Assembly (NCBI GenBank): GCA_048938295.1
Contig: JBHLMI010000016.1
Location: 22,973 to 54,972, forward strand
Length of the DNA stretch: 32,000 bases
Direction of reading: 5' to 3'
DNA from: Promethearchaeota archaeon
GTDB taxonomy: Archaea; Asgardarchaeota; Hermodarchaeia; Hermodarchaeales; Hermodarchaeaceae
Positions 1 through 8,307 of the stretch are shown piece after piece; position 1 is the stretch's first letter; each line of letters begins with the position of its first letter. A program made the translations under genes and the position numbers. The notes under the pieces were generated by a model. The model was not told where the DNA came from, did not search any database, and worked only from the letters and a program-made list of their open reading frames with translations.

Positions 1-4
1 TCAA

Positions 5-1051
5 ATGGTGTTACGACGTCTGGATGCCGATTATAGATCCTTCTTCGCTAGATGGAAAAAAGGTGATCAAAATGCTCACCCACCTCGCTTCAAAGGTAAG
101 TACTATTTCACAACATTATGCTATAATCAATCGGGCTTCATAATAGATGTTGTAAACAAACAAATCCGGTTTTCTCATAATCATCCATCAGGCATGGAAC
201 TCACTTTCAATCTAGTTTGGCTGCCACACCTTTCAGGAAAGGTTAAACAGGTTGAGATTTTCCAGGATCGGTCGTGTCGCTGGTTCGTTGCTATTGTTAT
301 TGACGAGAAAGTTCCTATGTATGATGATAACAGATTATACCAAGCCATTGATTTAGGTATCATCAATTTAGTTACAACAGTCAACCTTCATGGTAAATTC
401 GTTCAAGTTCGGAACCGCCGGGCAGACCTGTATTGGCGGAAAAAAATACGAGAAGTACAATCTAAACGCGATCATTGCAAACAATTCAGCAACAAATGGT
501 ATCGATATGATGTGAAATTAAAGAAGATGAAACAAAGAATGGTCCATCAGCTTCGAGATTTCCAACACAAAACATCAAGTCGTTTGGTGAAAAATACTAA
601 AGCGAATACGATTATCCTCGGTGATCTTAGAGTAAAAGATATGGTTCAAAAGCAAGTGCTTGGTAGCAATCGACAAACCAAAGCTAAAAAGACCCTTAAC
701 CATTCCACTCAGAACACAGGTTTTCTTGGGCGATTTGCCGAATTCTTGACCTACAAAGCTCAGCGAGTAGGTAAAAAAGTTGTAAGAATTGACGAATCGT
801 ATACTACACAAACTTGCTGTATCTGTAGAAAGGTGATGCGGCGACAATTATCCGACCGTCTTATTCAATGCGATTGTGGAAATACATTGGATCGAGATAA
901 GAATGCAGCGGTCAACATTATGGTCCGATTCCTATCGCAACAACCCCCTGTGAACGGGGAGCCATTACAGATTTTTTTGGATGGCTTGTATCGACACACA
1001 GCCCTATCCCTCTCTACTCGGGTAGAGGACTCGATAGAAGCCCCTGTATGA
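5..1051 (+). CDS. tnpB: TnpB, RNA-guided nuclease of IS200/IS605-type element (N-terminus probably continues upstream of the window)
   Basis: RuvC-I AIDLGIINL, RuvC-II region ANTIILGDLRVKDM, zinc ribbon TTQTCCIC...IQCDCG, RuvC-III LDRDKNAAVNI. The first residues (VLRRLDADYRSFFARWKKGD...PPRFK) match an internal TnpB segment, so the true start is likely left of position 1. Confidence 0.93.
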   Translation: MVLRRLDADYRSFFARWKKGDQNAHPPRFKGKYYFTTLCYNQSGFIIDVVNKQIRFSHNHPSGMELTFNLVWLPHLSGKVKQVEIFQDRSCRWFVAIVIDEKVPMYDDNRLYQAIDLGIINLVTTVNLHGKFVQVRNRRADLYWRKKIREVQSKRDHCKQFSNKWYRYDVKLKKMKQRMVHQLRDFQHKTSSRLVKNTKANTIILGDLRVKDMVQKQVLGSNRQTKAKKTLNHSTQNTGFLGRFAEFLTYKAQRVGKKVVRIDESYTTQTCCICRKVMRRQLSDRLIQCDCGNTLDRDKNAAVNIMVRFLSQQPPVNGEPLQIFLDGLYRHTALSLSTRVEDSIEAPV

Positions 1052-1068
1052 TTTACGGGGCAGTTCAC
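1012..1068 (+). ncRNA. Probable 3' scaffold of the TnpB omegaRNA/reRNA and right end of the element
   Basis: Two adjacent hairpins at the 3' end of tnpB: CTCTAC-TCGG-GTAGAG (1012-1027) and GCCCC-N12-GGGGC (1040-1061), followed by TTCAC (1064-1068). Position and layout resemble IS605-type right ends. Confidence 0.55.
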
Positions 1069-1109
1069 TCCTAACGGATACGCCAATTCAAGACGATTAG
1101 TAGCCGGTA

Positions 1110-2510
1110 TCATTTCCGTTTCAGATGAGCTGGAATGATGTATTTGTCTGGGGCGGTTTCGATGGGTTGAAGATAGGGTTGAAGGGGTTTCGGGATTAGA
1201 ATCCGTCCGTCTGGTTGGAGGTTATTCTCCAGCACAGCGGTTATGGATCGGGTGGTAGCAATCACTGTTGAGTTCAAGGTGTGTACGAAGCCCTTTGTTG
1301 GGTGTCCACGCGTTTTAGCGTAGCGAATATTGAGGCGATATGCTTGGTAATCAGTACAGTTGCTGCAGGATACGAATTCTCGATATCGCCCTTGAGAGGG
1401 CATCCAGAGCTCCAGATCATAGGTCTTGGACGCTACTCGACCGAAGTCTCCACTGGGTAAAATCACGATTCGAAATGGTATGCCTAGTGGTGCCCAGATT
1501 TCCTCTTCGATGGCAATCATTTTCTCAATCCAATCCCAGGAATCGTTAGGAAGACAAAAAACGAACATTTCGACTTTGGAGAATTGGTGGACGCGGAATA
1601 TTCCCTTGGTGTCTTTCCCATGGGCTCCGGCTTCCTTCCGGTAGCAGGGGCTATAACCAGCGAATTTGAGAGGGAGTTCATCGATTTCGAGGACTTCGTT
1701 CATATACTGGGCGGCAATCGGATGTTCAGAGGTGGCAATAAGATAGAGGTCCTGATCTTCGAGCTTGTACAGTGAGTCCTCAAAGGCACTGATATCTGTG
1801 ACGCCGCTGTATGCTGCTTGGTTGAGTAAATGTGGGGGGATGAGTGGAGTAAATCCCCGTTTTGTAATGTTATCTAGGGCATAGAGTGCCAATCCAAGAT
1901 CGAGCCAGACGATATCATCAATAAGATAGTAGAACCGGGATCCGGCGACCTTGGCTGCACGAGTCGTATCGATTAAACCGATCTCCTCTGAGATAACATA
2001 GTGGCTTTTCGGCAGGTCTTCAACGACTTCGTATTCGGGTTCCAAGCCCTGGGCAGCTGCGATGAATTGGTCTACATGATTGGTCCAAATCCGTGGTTTA
2101 CCAATGTACTTCACAGGTTTCGCTTCTGTCTCATCCATGCCATCAGGAACAGAATCATGTACAATGTTGGCAATGCCCCAGAGTTTGTCCATCCGCTGCT
2201 TCTCAAGATCAGTAAGTTGTCTCTCTCCTGCCTCGACTTTCTTTGAGAGCTGTTTAGATTTTTTGATAAGGGCTTCTCGTTTGGTCTTATCTTTAGTTTT
2301 TCCAATTTCTTTGGCCACTTCATTTCGCTGGCGTTGGAACTCCGCAAGGTCCGATCGTGTTTTTCTCCACGTTTCATCTAGTTTGATAGCTTCATCAACG
2401 ATGGCAGGATCGAGTCCTCGACGTCGTTGAGACCTTCGAAGTATTTCAGGGTCTTCACGCACAGCTGTAAGTATAGACCACGTACTCAATTTCTTCTCCT
2501 CGGGGAGCAC
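1110..2510 (-). CDS. serS: Seryl-tRNA synthetase
   Basis: Class II synthetase motifs: TSEHPIAAQYMNEVLE, YSPCYRKEAGAHGKDTKGIFRVHQFSKVEMF, C-terminal LNSTVIATTRSITAVLENNLQPDGRILIPKPLQPY. N-terminal coiled-coil arm present. Confidence 0.96.
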   Translation of the reverse strand: MLPEEKKLSTWSILTAVREDPEILRRSQRRRGLDPAIVDEAIKLDETWRKTRSDLAEFQRQRNEVAKEIGKTKDKTKREALIKKSKQLSKKVEAGERQLTDLEKQRMDKLWGIANIVHDSVPDGMDETEAKPVKYIGKPRIWTNHVDQFIAAAQGLEPEYEVVEDLPKSHYVISEEIGLIDTTRAAKVAGSRFYYLIDDIVWLDLGLALYALDNITKRGFTPLIPPHLLNQAAYSGVTDISAFEDSLYKLEDQDLYLIATSEHPIAAQYMNEVLEIDELPLKFAGYSPCYRKEAGAHGKDTKGIFRVHQFSKVEMFVFCLPNDSWDWIEKMIAIEEEIWAPLGIPFRIVILPSGDFGRVASKTYDLELWMPSQGRYREFVSCSNCTDYQAYRLNIRYAKTRGHPTKGFVHTLNSTVIATTRSITAVLENNLQPDGRILIPKPLQPYLQPIETAPDKYIIPAHLKRK

Positions 2511-2586
2511 TCACTATTTTGCGATTAAAAAACCTTCCCTCCGCTCTCAACCCATTTGTTGTTTTCCTTTTGGAGTCGCTTGGGTT

Positions 2587-3795
2587 CTAGAATACTTCAG
2601 CTCGACGAGCGATAATGATGCACAATACGATTACTACGACTACTACGACTACAGCGACAATCCACCATGGAAAGACAAAAAGGTCGGGTCCCACTGGCAG
2701 GAGAAGTTGGTCAAGTTGGTCGAGTAGGGCTAGAGTGGAAACTGCGAAATTTGTTTGGGTGGCAGTTCCATTTGTTCCGCTAATATCGTTGAAGCCACCG
2801 TCAAGAGTCTGTTTGCTAAGTATCCATGCTGTGATATCCTCTGTAACTAGCTGACTGTCTGCGCTGAGGATTTGTAGACTAGCTACCGCATAAAAGGTTG
2901 CTAGAAGGGTAGCAACAGGGTTGTCTGGCGTATAACTGAAGCCCCCTTGGTATTGAGGATAATTCATATCATCGCGATAATGGGGAAGAATGTAATCAAT
3001 CGCTGCTTGTTCATCGATTATTGATAGGGCTCCGAGTATTTGGAGACTACGCAGGGCCATGTAAGTTGTTTGCAAGTCTGCTACTGTAGAGTTCCGTCCG
3101 TTAGCAAATCCTCCATAGCTGGGCGAAAGCGGATCTGATAGAAGCTGGCTGGAATTCAGCCAGTCAATTGCTAAGGAGGTATTCATTTGCGAAATCGCAT
3201 TGTACACGTCAAGAATTTGAATCGCAGAATAGGTGGCCGACACCGTAGCAGAGATATTAGCCCAATCCATGAACCCGCCAACCGTGTCAGGATACAAAGT
3301 GGCGTTAGTGTGTTGTAGGTTGATAGTGAAATCTATGAGAATAGTGAAATCAATATTATCTGTATGATTAAGGAGATCGAGCGTCTGGGCTCCAAAGGCA
3401 CTTGCCGAGAGCGTTGCATTCGGGTAGCCATAATACGGTGGGAATCCCCCATAGCTTGGATCTGAAGACATTTCATCGACTTGAAGTTCGGTAACCCATT
3501 CTGTCATGTTCTCAATTAAGACCCGATCCGGAGTAAGGAGGTCCGCCGCGATCCAGGCATCAAGGGTATCAAAGACGTTAGCGATGGCAAAGGTATTAGA
3601 TATTGTGGGAAGTGGTTCGCCTGGTCGCAAAACTGCACCACCAGAGCCGTCTAAACAAGTCACGGAGAAGGCAATGATAACATCCTGTCGAGAGGGCGCG
3701 GCTAAGGCAGTCAGAGGGCTAGCCAATACAAGGAGAATGAGCCCAAGAATCAAGGTGTTAGTGAACCTACGCAAGCAATGGTCCTCCAAATTCAC
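2587..3795 (-). CDS. Secreted, membrane-anchored alpha/alpha-toroid (prenyltransferase/squalene-oxidase repeat) protein
   Basis: N-terminal signal-like segment (LILGLILLVLASPLTALA), repeated GGF-containing toroid repeats (YGGFPPYYG, YGGFANGRNSTVADLQTTY, YQGGFSYTPDNPVATLLATFYA, LDGGFNDISGTNGTATQTNFA), single C-terminal TM (WWIVAVVVVVVVIVLCIIIARR). Confidence 0.8.
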   Translation of the reverse strand: MNLEDHCLRRFTNTLILGLILLVLASPLTALAAPSRQDVIIAFSVTCLDGSGGAVLRPGEPLPTISNTFAIANVFDTLDAWIAADLLTPDRVLIENMTEWVTELQVDEMSSDPSYGGFPPYYGYPNATLSASAFGAQTLDLLNHTDNIDFTILIDFTINLQHTNATLYPDTVGGFMDWANISATVSATYSAIQILDVYNAISQMNTSLAIDWLNSSQLLSDPLSPSYGGFANGRNSTVADLQTTYMALRSLQILGALSIIDEQAAIDYILPHYRDDMNYPQYQGGFSYTPDNPVATLLATFYAVASLQILSADSQLVTEDITAWILSKQTLDGGFNDISGTNGTATQTNFAVSTLALLDQLDQLLLPVGPDLFVFPWWIVAVVVVVVVIVLCIIIARRAEVF

Positions 3796-3848
3796 GTGTA
3801 CCGACGTTCACGGCAAAATATACCTTAAAACCTTGTGGTCAGCGACAA

Positions 3849-4772
3849 TTATTGAATAGGTCTGACCATAAGCCAATGGGTAACAGCTTTTACTGCATCA
3901 CCACAAGCTCTTACAATCTGTCGGGGTTCACCAGTTATATCCCCTACGGCATAGACACCTTTAATGTTCGTTTGCTGATTTGCATCCACTATGATATTTC
4001 CTTTATCGTCAAGATTTACTCCTACTGATTCACAAAATGAGCTGTTAGGAGTGCAACCGACGGCAATAAACACACCATCAGCTTCCAGGGTCCATTCCTT
4101 GTCGGTTTTCTTGTTACGTAATTTCACCCCTGTGACCCCTTCCTCCCCTAAAACTTCTAGCAGAATGGTGTCCCAAAGGATTTCAACATTAGACATCGCT
4201 TTCAGTCGATCTGCATAGGTTTTTTCTGCTCGGAGTTGATCCCGGCGATGCACTATATACACTTTTTCAACGATATTAGCTAGAAAGAGGGCATCCATTG
4301 CAGCGGTATTTCCTCCACCCACAACAACCACGCATTTTCCACGATAGAGGGGGCCATCACAGGTGGCACAATAACTGATCCCACGTCCGTGATATTCAGT
4401 TTCGCCCGGTACACCTAGTTCCATATCACAAGCTCCCATCGCCAATACCACAGCCGGAGCGTGGAATTCTTCCCCATCTGCAGTGACCACCACTTTTGTT
4501 GGTTTCGAAAATCGGAATTCCTGTGCTGCAGTCATCTCCCGGATTTCTACTCCCGCGTTTTCCGCTTGGGTTTTCATTTTCGTGGCCAAAGCGCCTCCAC
4601 TGATCTTCTCAAAGCCCGGGTAGTTTTCGATTTCCCAGGCATTCATCATTCGGCCACCACAAATCCCCGTTTCCAAAATTATTGCATTCAAGCCCATTCG
4701 TGCGGCGTATAAGCCTGCAGTCATACCGGCAGGTCCACAGCCAACGATTATGAGGTCACGCTTCTCTGCCAT
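3849..4772 (-). CDS. trxB: Thioredoxin-disulfide reductase family protein
   Basis: FAD motif VGCGPAGMTAGLYAAR, redox motif CATC, NAD(P)H motif VVGGGNTA and HRRDQLRA, C-terminal VYAVGDITG. Confidence 0.92.
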   Translation of the reverse strand: MAEKRDLIIVGCGPAGMTAGLYAARMGLNAIILETGICGGRMMNAWEIENYPGFEKISGGALATKMKTQAENAGVEIREMTAAQEFRFSKPTKVVVTADGEEFHAPAVVLAMGACDMELGVPGETEYHGRGISYCATCDGPLYRGKCVVVVGGGNTAAMDALFLANIVEKVYIVHRRDQLRAEKTYADRLKAMSNVEILWDTILLEVLGEEGVTGVKLRNKKTDKEWTLEADGVFIAVGCTPNSSFCESVGVNLDDKGNIIVDANQQTNIKGVYAVGDITGEPRQIVRACGDAVKAVTHWLMVRPIQ

Positions 4773-4864
4773 TACTTAACTCGCCTCATTTCCGCCTTCA
4801 CAGTGTGTCCGCTATATGTAGATTTTGGCTTTGTACATCATGCTCTCCAAAACATGAAGAGCAG

Positions 4865-5482
4865 TTACAGTTCTTGGGCCTTCCCTTGAGCAACTTCTTC
4901 AAGTTTTTCGACTGCTTCCTTATAACCGCCAGCATAGATGATGTCGCCAGGAAGAAGTTTGAATCGTCCATGTGGATCATAGGTCCACTGGTCTTTGCGC
5001 TTCACGACGAAGATCCGTGTGCCATGGTCCTCCAATCGGAGCTGTCCTAGGGTTTTGTTGGCAAGGATGGATTTGGCATCAACAATCTGACGGCTGACCC
5101 TTTCATCAGCGTCTTTCAATGCCAGGCGCATGAGAGGATGGACATCGACGCCACGAAGCACAATTTCCGCCATTTGTGCGGCAGCATCTACGAGGTTTTC
5201 AGCTGCAACGCCAAGCCTGATGAGGCCCAGTCGGCGTTTCTCTTCTCCCTCTTCGAGCTCCATGCGTAAAACTTCAAGTTCAAATTCAGTATGAAAGCCA
5301 TCGAAGGTTTCTTCTAATTCAAAGATGTCTTCGGCTATGTCTTTATTATTAGTTAGCAACGCAGTATAAGCTAGGCTTATGAGAAGCTCAGAGGTATCCT
5401 TCAATTGGATAAGCATTGTGAGAATACGTTCCCCTGGCGTCTGTTCTCCAGTAGGGGTTTTAAGCAATCTTTTCAAGCTCAC
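4865..5482 (-). CDS. PhoU-like / TrkA_C domain protein (copy B)
   Basis: Helical PhoU-like N-terminal half (LIQLKDTSELLISLAYTALL...) and TrkA_C (RCK_C)-like C-terminus (GTRIFVVKRKDQWTYDPHGRFKLLPGDIIYAGG). Confidence 0.75.
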   Translation of the reverse strand: MSLKRLLKTPTGEQTPGERILTMLIQLKDTSELLISLAYTALLTNNKDIAEDIFELEETFDGFHTEFELEVLRMELEEGEEKRRLGLIRLGVAAENLVDAAAQMAEIVLRGVDVHPLMRLALKDADERVSRQIVDAKSILANKTLGQLRLEDHGTRIFVVKRKDQWTYDPHGRFKLLPGDIIYAGGYKEAVEKLEEVAQGKAQEL

Positions 5483-6068
5483 CAGAGGCTAACTCCTGCA
5501 GTTTCTTTATACTATCAGCTGAACCCCGAGCGATGACTCGATCGCCTTTTTGCAATTCAAAAGTTTCAGATGGGTCGATTGTCCATTTTCTCTTTCGTTG
5601 AATTGCAATGATATCAGCGCCAATTTCTTCTTCGAGATTGATATCAGCTAGAGTCTTCTCTACCAGCATTGATTTTTTCAGAATGGTTGCCCGTCCAACA
5701 ATTTCGTCAGCTTGACTCATCGCGAGCCATAATATTCCCGGTATGCCAATATCATGCAGGACGAGTCCAGCGATGTCTGCAGCGGCGTCACTGATTTTGT
5801 TTGCAGATGAAGCTGTTTTCATGATACTGACGATTTGTTCGGCGTCTTTTTTGTCACGAACGGCCAGCGATGCGTTCATGAGTAATAGGTAGCCAAGGTA
5901 ATCGACACGTTCTTCCATATCCATGACTTCTTCAGCTAAATCGCGGTCATTGAACATGACCGCTGAGTAAGCCAGGTCAATCATTAACTCACTGAGGTCT
6001 TTCATTTCTACTAGTAATTCACGGACTGGGATGGGTTGATACTCGACTTCGTGAAGTTCCTCTTGCAT
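5460..6068 (-). CDS. PhoU-like / TrkA_C domain protein (copy A)
   Basis: Same architecture as the downstream paralogue: LLVEMKDLSELMIDLAYSAVMFNDRDLAEEV and GADIIAIQRKRKWTIDPSETFELQKGDRVIARG. Confidence 0.75.
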   Translation of the reverse strand: MQEELHEVEYQPIPVRELLVEMKDLSELMIDLAYSAVMFNDRDLAEEVMDMEERVDYLGYLLLMNASLAVRDKKDAEQIVSIMKTASSANKISDAAADIAGLVLHDIGIPGILWLAMSQADEIVGRATILKKSMLVEKTLADINLEEEIGADIIAIQRKRKWTIDPSETFELQKGDRVIARGSADSIKKLQELASGELEKIA

Positions 6069-6216
6069 AACGGTGTCACGAGCTCCCAGAAAAAATGGAG
6101 ATCCAATATTCCAATACCTTATCTGCAGAAAACACGCTTTTCAGTCTTTCGAGTTATCCAATGATGCGAAGAAACTTAATAGGCACACCTCCACAGGAAT
6201 GTAATCAAACTAGAGT

Positions 6217-6888
6217 GTGGTTACGATGGTCGTCGGACGCATCAAAGAACAATTCAAGCGTGCTTTTTCACCAGTTGCACGTATCATTGCAAAGTCACGC
6301 GTCCCCCCCAATGCACTCACTCTCTTAGGACCAGTTATTGCTAGCTTTGCCGCTTGGATGTATATTCAACAGCAACTGGCACTGGCACTTCTACTTCTAT
6401 TGCTTTCAGGTTTTGTGGATGCCCTTGATGGTGCCGTGGCTCGGGAGATGGGGAAGACATCAGCATTTGGCGGAGTGCTAGACAGCATCTGCGATCGTTA
6501 TAGCGATGCCATTGTCCTCTTTGGGATAATTCTTGGTGGCTGGGTCTCCACTCTTTGGGGTATCGTTGCTATTGTTGGGAGCCTGCTGGTCAGCTATGTT
6601 CGGGCACGCGCAGAAGCCGCAAGGGTTACCCAACTGGGTATAGGAATTGCAGAACGTCCTGAACGCTTAATCATTCTAATGGTTGTAACCCTCTTACAGT
6701 ATCTTACCGTAATTGGTGTCCTCTTTGCCCCACCGATTTTCTTCGGTCTCGAGAACTGGATAGCTTATGGTGTTGTGCTTGTAGCCATCCTTGCCCATGT
6801 CACAGTGATTCAACGCGCAATTTCTGCCTACCGTGTACTTTCTAGGATGGAGTCAGAGTCCGAGCAAGCAAATCAAGAAAAAGCCTAG
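6217..6888 (+). CDS. CDP-alcohol phosphatidyltransferase, probably archaetidylinositol phosphate synthase-like
   Basis: Signature D-x2-DG-x2-AR-x8-G-x3-D-x3-D present as DALDGAVAREMGKTSAFGGVLDSICD; multiple TM segments. Confidence 0.88.
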   Translation: MVTMVVGRIKEQFKRAFSPVARIIAKSRVPPNALTLLGPVIASFAAWMYIQQQLALALLLLLLSGFVDALDGAVAREMGKTSAFGGVLDSICDRYSDAIVLFGIILGGWVSTLWGIVAIVGSLLVSYVRARAEAARVTQLGIGIAERPERLIILMVVTLLQYLTVIGVLFAPPIFFGLENWIAYGVVLVAILAHVTVIQRAISAYRVLSRMESESEQANQEKA

Positions 6889-7231
6889 CCTGATTGAGGG
6901 TTTTTCGGCCCAGGTCGGTAATCCGATAATATTTCCGAGGTGGTCGGCGTCCTTCTTTTCTTTCCTCACTGAGCTCCACTAATCCATCACGTTGGAGTTT
7001 ATGTAAGAGCACATACGCTGTAACTGAAGCCATTTTCACTCCAAACCGTTCTTTGACAATTCCTTGCACCTCATATCCGAAGTAATCCCTCTCTTCCAAC
7101 AGGGTCAAGACATACAGCCAGAGATTGTCTTTAGTCGTCCGAGAAACTAACCGTCGCATAGCTTTCGTTTGATGGTTTGAATACTTGTCCAGAGCCTGAA
7201 CAAACTCGGAATTATCGGTCATGACGTCCAC
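6842..7231 (-). CDS. PadR family transcriptional regulator
   Basis: Winged-helix PadR pattern: NLWLYVLTLLEERDYFGYEVQGIVKERFGVKMASVTAYVLLHKLQRDGLVEL...RKYYRITDLGRKTL. Confidence 0.85.
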   Translation of the reverse strand: MDVMTDNSEFVQALDKYSNHQTKAMRRLVSRTTKDNLWLYVLTLLEERDYFGYEVQGIVKERFGVKMASVTAYVLLHKLQRDGLVELSEERKEGRRPPRKYYRITDLGRKTLNQARLFLDLLARTLTPS

Positions 7232-7244
7232 GTCTTTAGTCTCA

Positions 7245-7856
7245 TTATGTTCCTTCTCGTCGAAGCAGATCGAGTAGAAATAAACTAATCACCTGGCTTC
7301 CCAAAAGGCTTCTCGTTCCAATGCTAACTTCTTGGACTACCTTCGCTCTGACCTCTTTTTCATGAGCTGGGGAAAGCCCCTGGTCATCGCCTAAAATCAC
7401 TACGATTGGCTCATTCAACCTCAACTTTACTTGCTCTAGCGGCTGACCGGTTTCCACTAAATACAGAACCTGTTTTTTATCTTGGATAACATCCTCAAGG
7501 GTTTGCCCAAAGTCTTGGGGTGTGATTGTAAATTGGGGCCAATTCGGATCCTGTGAAACAGATTGGGATCGATATCGATAAAGCAAGCCTTTCAAAATGA
7601 GCGCGCATTCAAGTTCACTCTCAGGGAAATCTTCCGGGTTTACATTCGTGACTTGGAGTCGAAGTGGTGGGTTTGGAGGGCCTCCAAAAATAGCATCAAG
7701 TTGAATGGCAGATGAGAACGTCGGAACTGTCCGATACGCAGATACGAGAATCCGGCAGATAACATCCAGTCGCCCACTTGTTCCTGGTACATCCCGTATC
7801 AGAAACTCGTCTGAGGTGCGTACCCGCAAAGCGTCTACAATGATGTACAGGTCCAA
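7245..7856 (-). CDS. trmY: tRNA pseudouridine(54) N1-methyltransferase-like protein (TrmY family, divergent)
   Basis: N-terminal ...ALRVRTSDEFLIRDVPGTSGRLDVICRILVSAY matches the TrmY N-terminal pattern; GGPPNPPLRLQV and EPIVVILGDDQGL in order. TTG start with GGAGTGG upstream. Confidence 0.7.
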   Translation of the reverse strand: MDLYIIVDALRVRTSDEFLIRDVPGTSGRLDVICRILVSAYRTVPTFSSAIQLDAIFGGPPNPPLRLQVTNVNPEDFPESELECALILKGLLYRYRSQSVSQDPNWPQFTITPQDFGQTLEDVIQDKKQVLYLVETGQPLEQVKLRLNEPIVVILGDDQGLSPAHEKEVRAKVVQEVSIGTRSLLGSQVISLFLLDLLRREGT

Positions 7857-7913
7857 AATCTGCCACTCCAGCGACTAGCCCTCTGCTGTAAGGAGAACCT
7901 GCTTTATTGCCGG

Positions 7914-8249
7914 TTACTTTCCTTTTCGATCTTTGCGACTCCGGATGGTTACAACTCCACTATGCACGGCGCAACTGATACAATACCACTTGGTGGTCTG
8001 TCGCGCAGGAATGAAGGTGCCTGCACGCCGTAGTTCTCGCGCCATCTGTGGGTCGACAAAAGAAGTACGTGAGGTTCGTTTTTTTGCTTTATCTCGAGGG
8101 ACTATTTTTCCACACTTAGTACACTGAACTGTGGCTCCACGGCCTGTCGCACCTTTGCTGCGACCGCCACTTTTCCGTTTAGATGGCAATATGCGATCAT
8201 CTCGAAGATTCACAGCGGGTGTTGTCAGCCTTCCTGTAAGCTGAGTCAA
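7914..8249 (-). CDS. rps26e: Small ribosomal subunit protein eS26 (S26e)
   Basis: KRKSGGRSKGATGRGATVQCTKCGKIVPRDKAKKR and WYCISCAVHSGVVTIRSRKDRK match the S26e core, with CxxC pairs. Confidence 0.88.
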   Translation of the reverse strand: MTQLTGRLTTPAVNLRDDRILPSKRKSGGRSKGATGRGATVQCTKCGKIVPRDKAKKRTSRTSFVDPQMARELRRAGTFIPARQTTKWYCISCAVHSGVVTIRSRKDRKGK

Positions 8250-8307
8250 CGACCGCTTGAGTGGAGCATGTATCCTTGATTGAAAAACTTTGTGCTCTCA
8301 CACGCAT

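Noticed and set aside
2080-2430. 116-aa plus-strand ORF opposite serS
   Set aside because: Fully antisense to a clearly conserved seryl-tRNA synthetase, Ser/Arg-rich low-complexity translation; mirror artefact.
2629-2665. TAC/GAC trinucleotide-like tract considered as a microsatellite or regulatory repeat
   Set aside because: It encodes the poly-valine transmembrane segment of the toroid protein; coding constraint is sufficient explanation.
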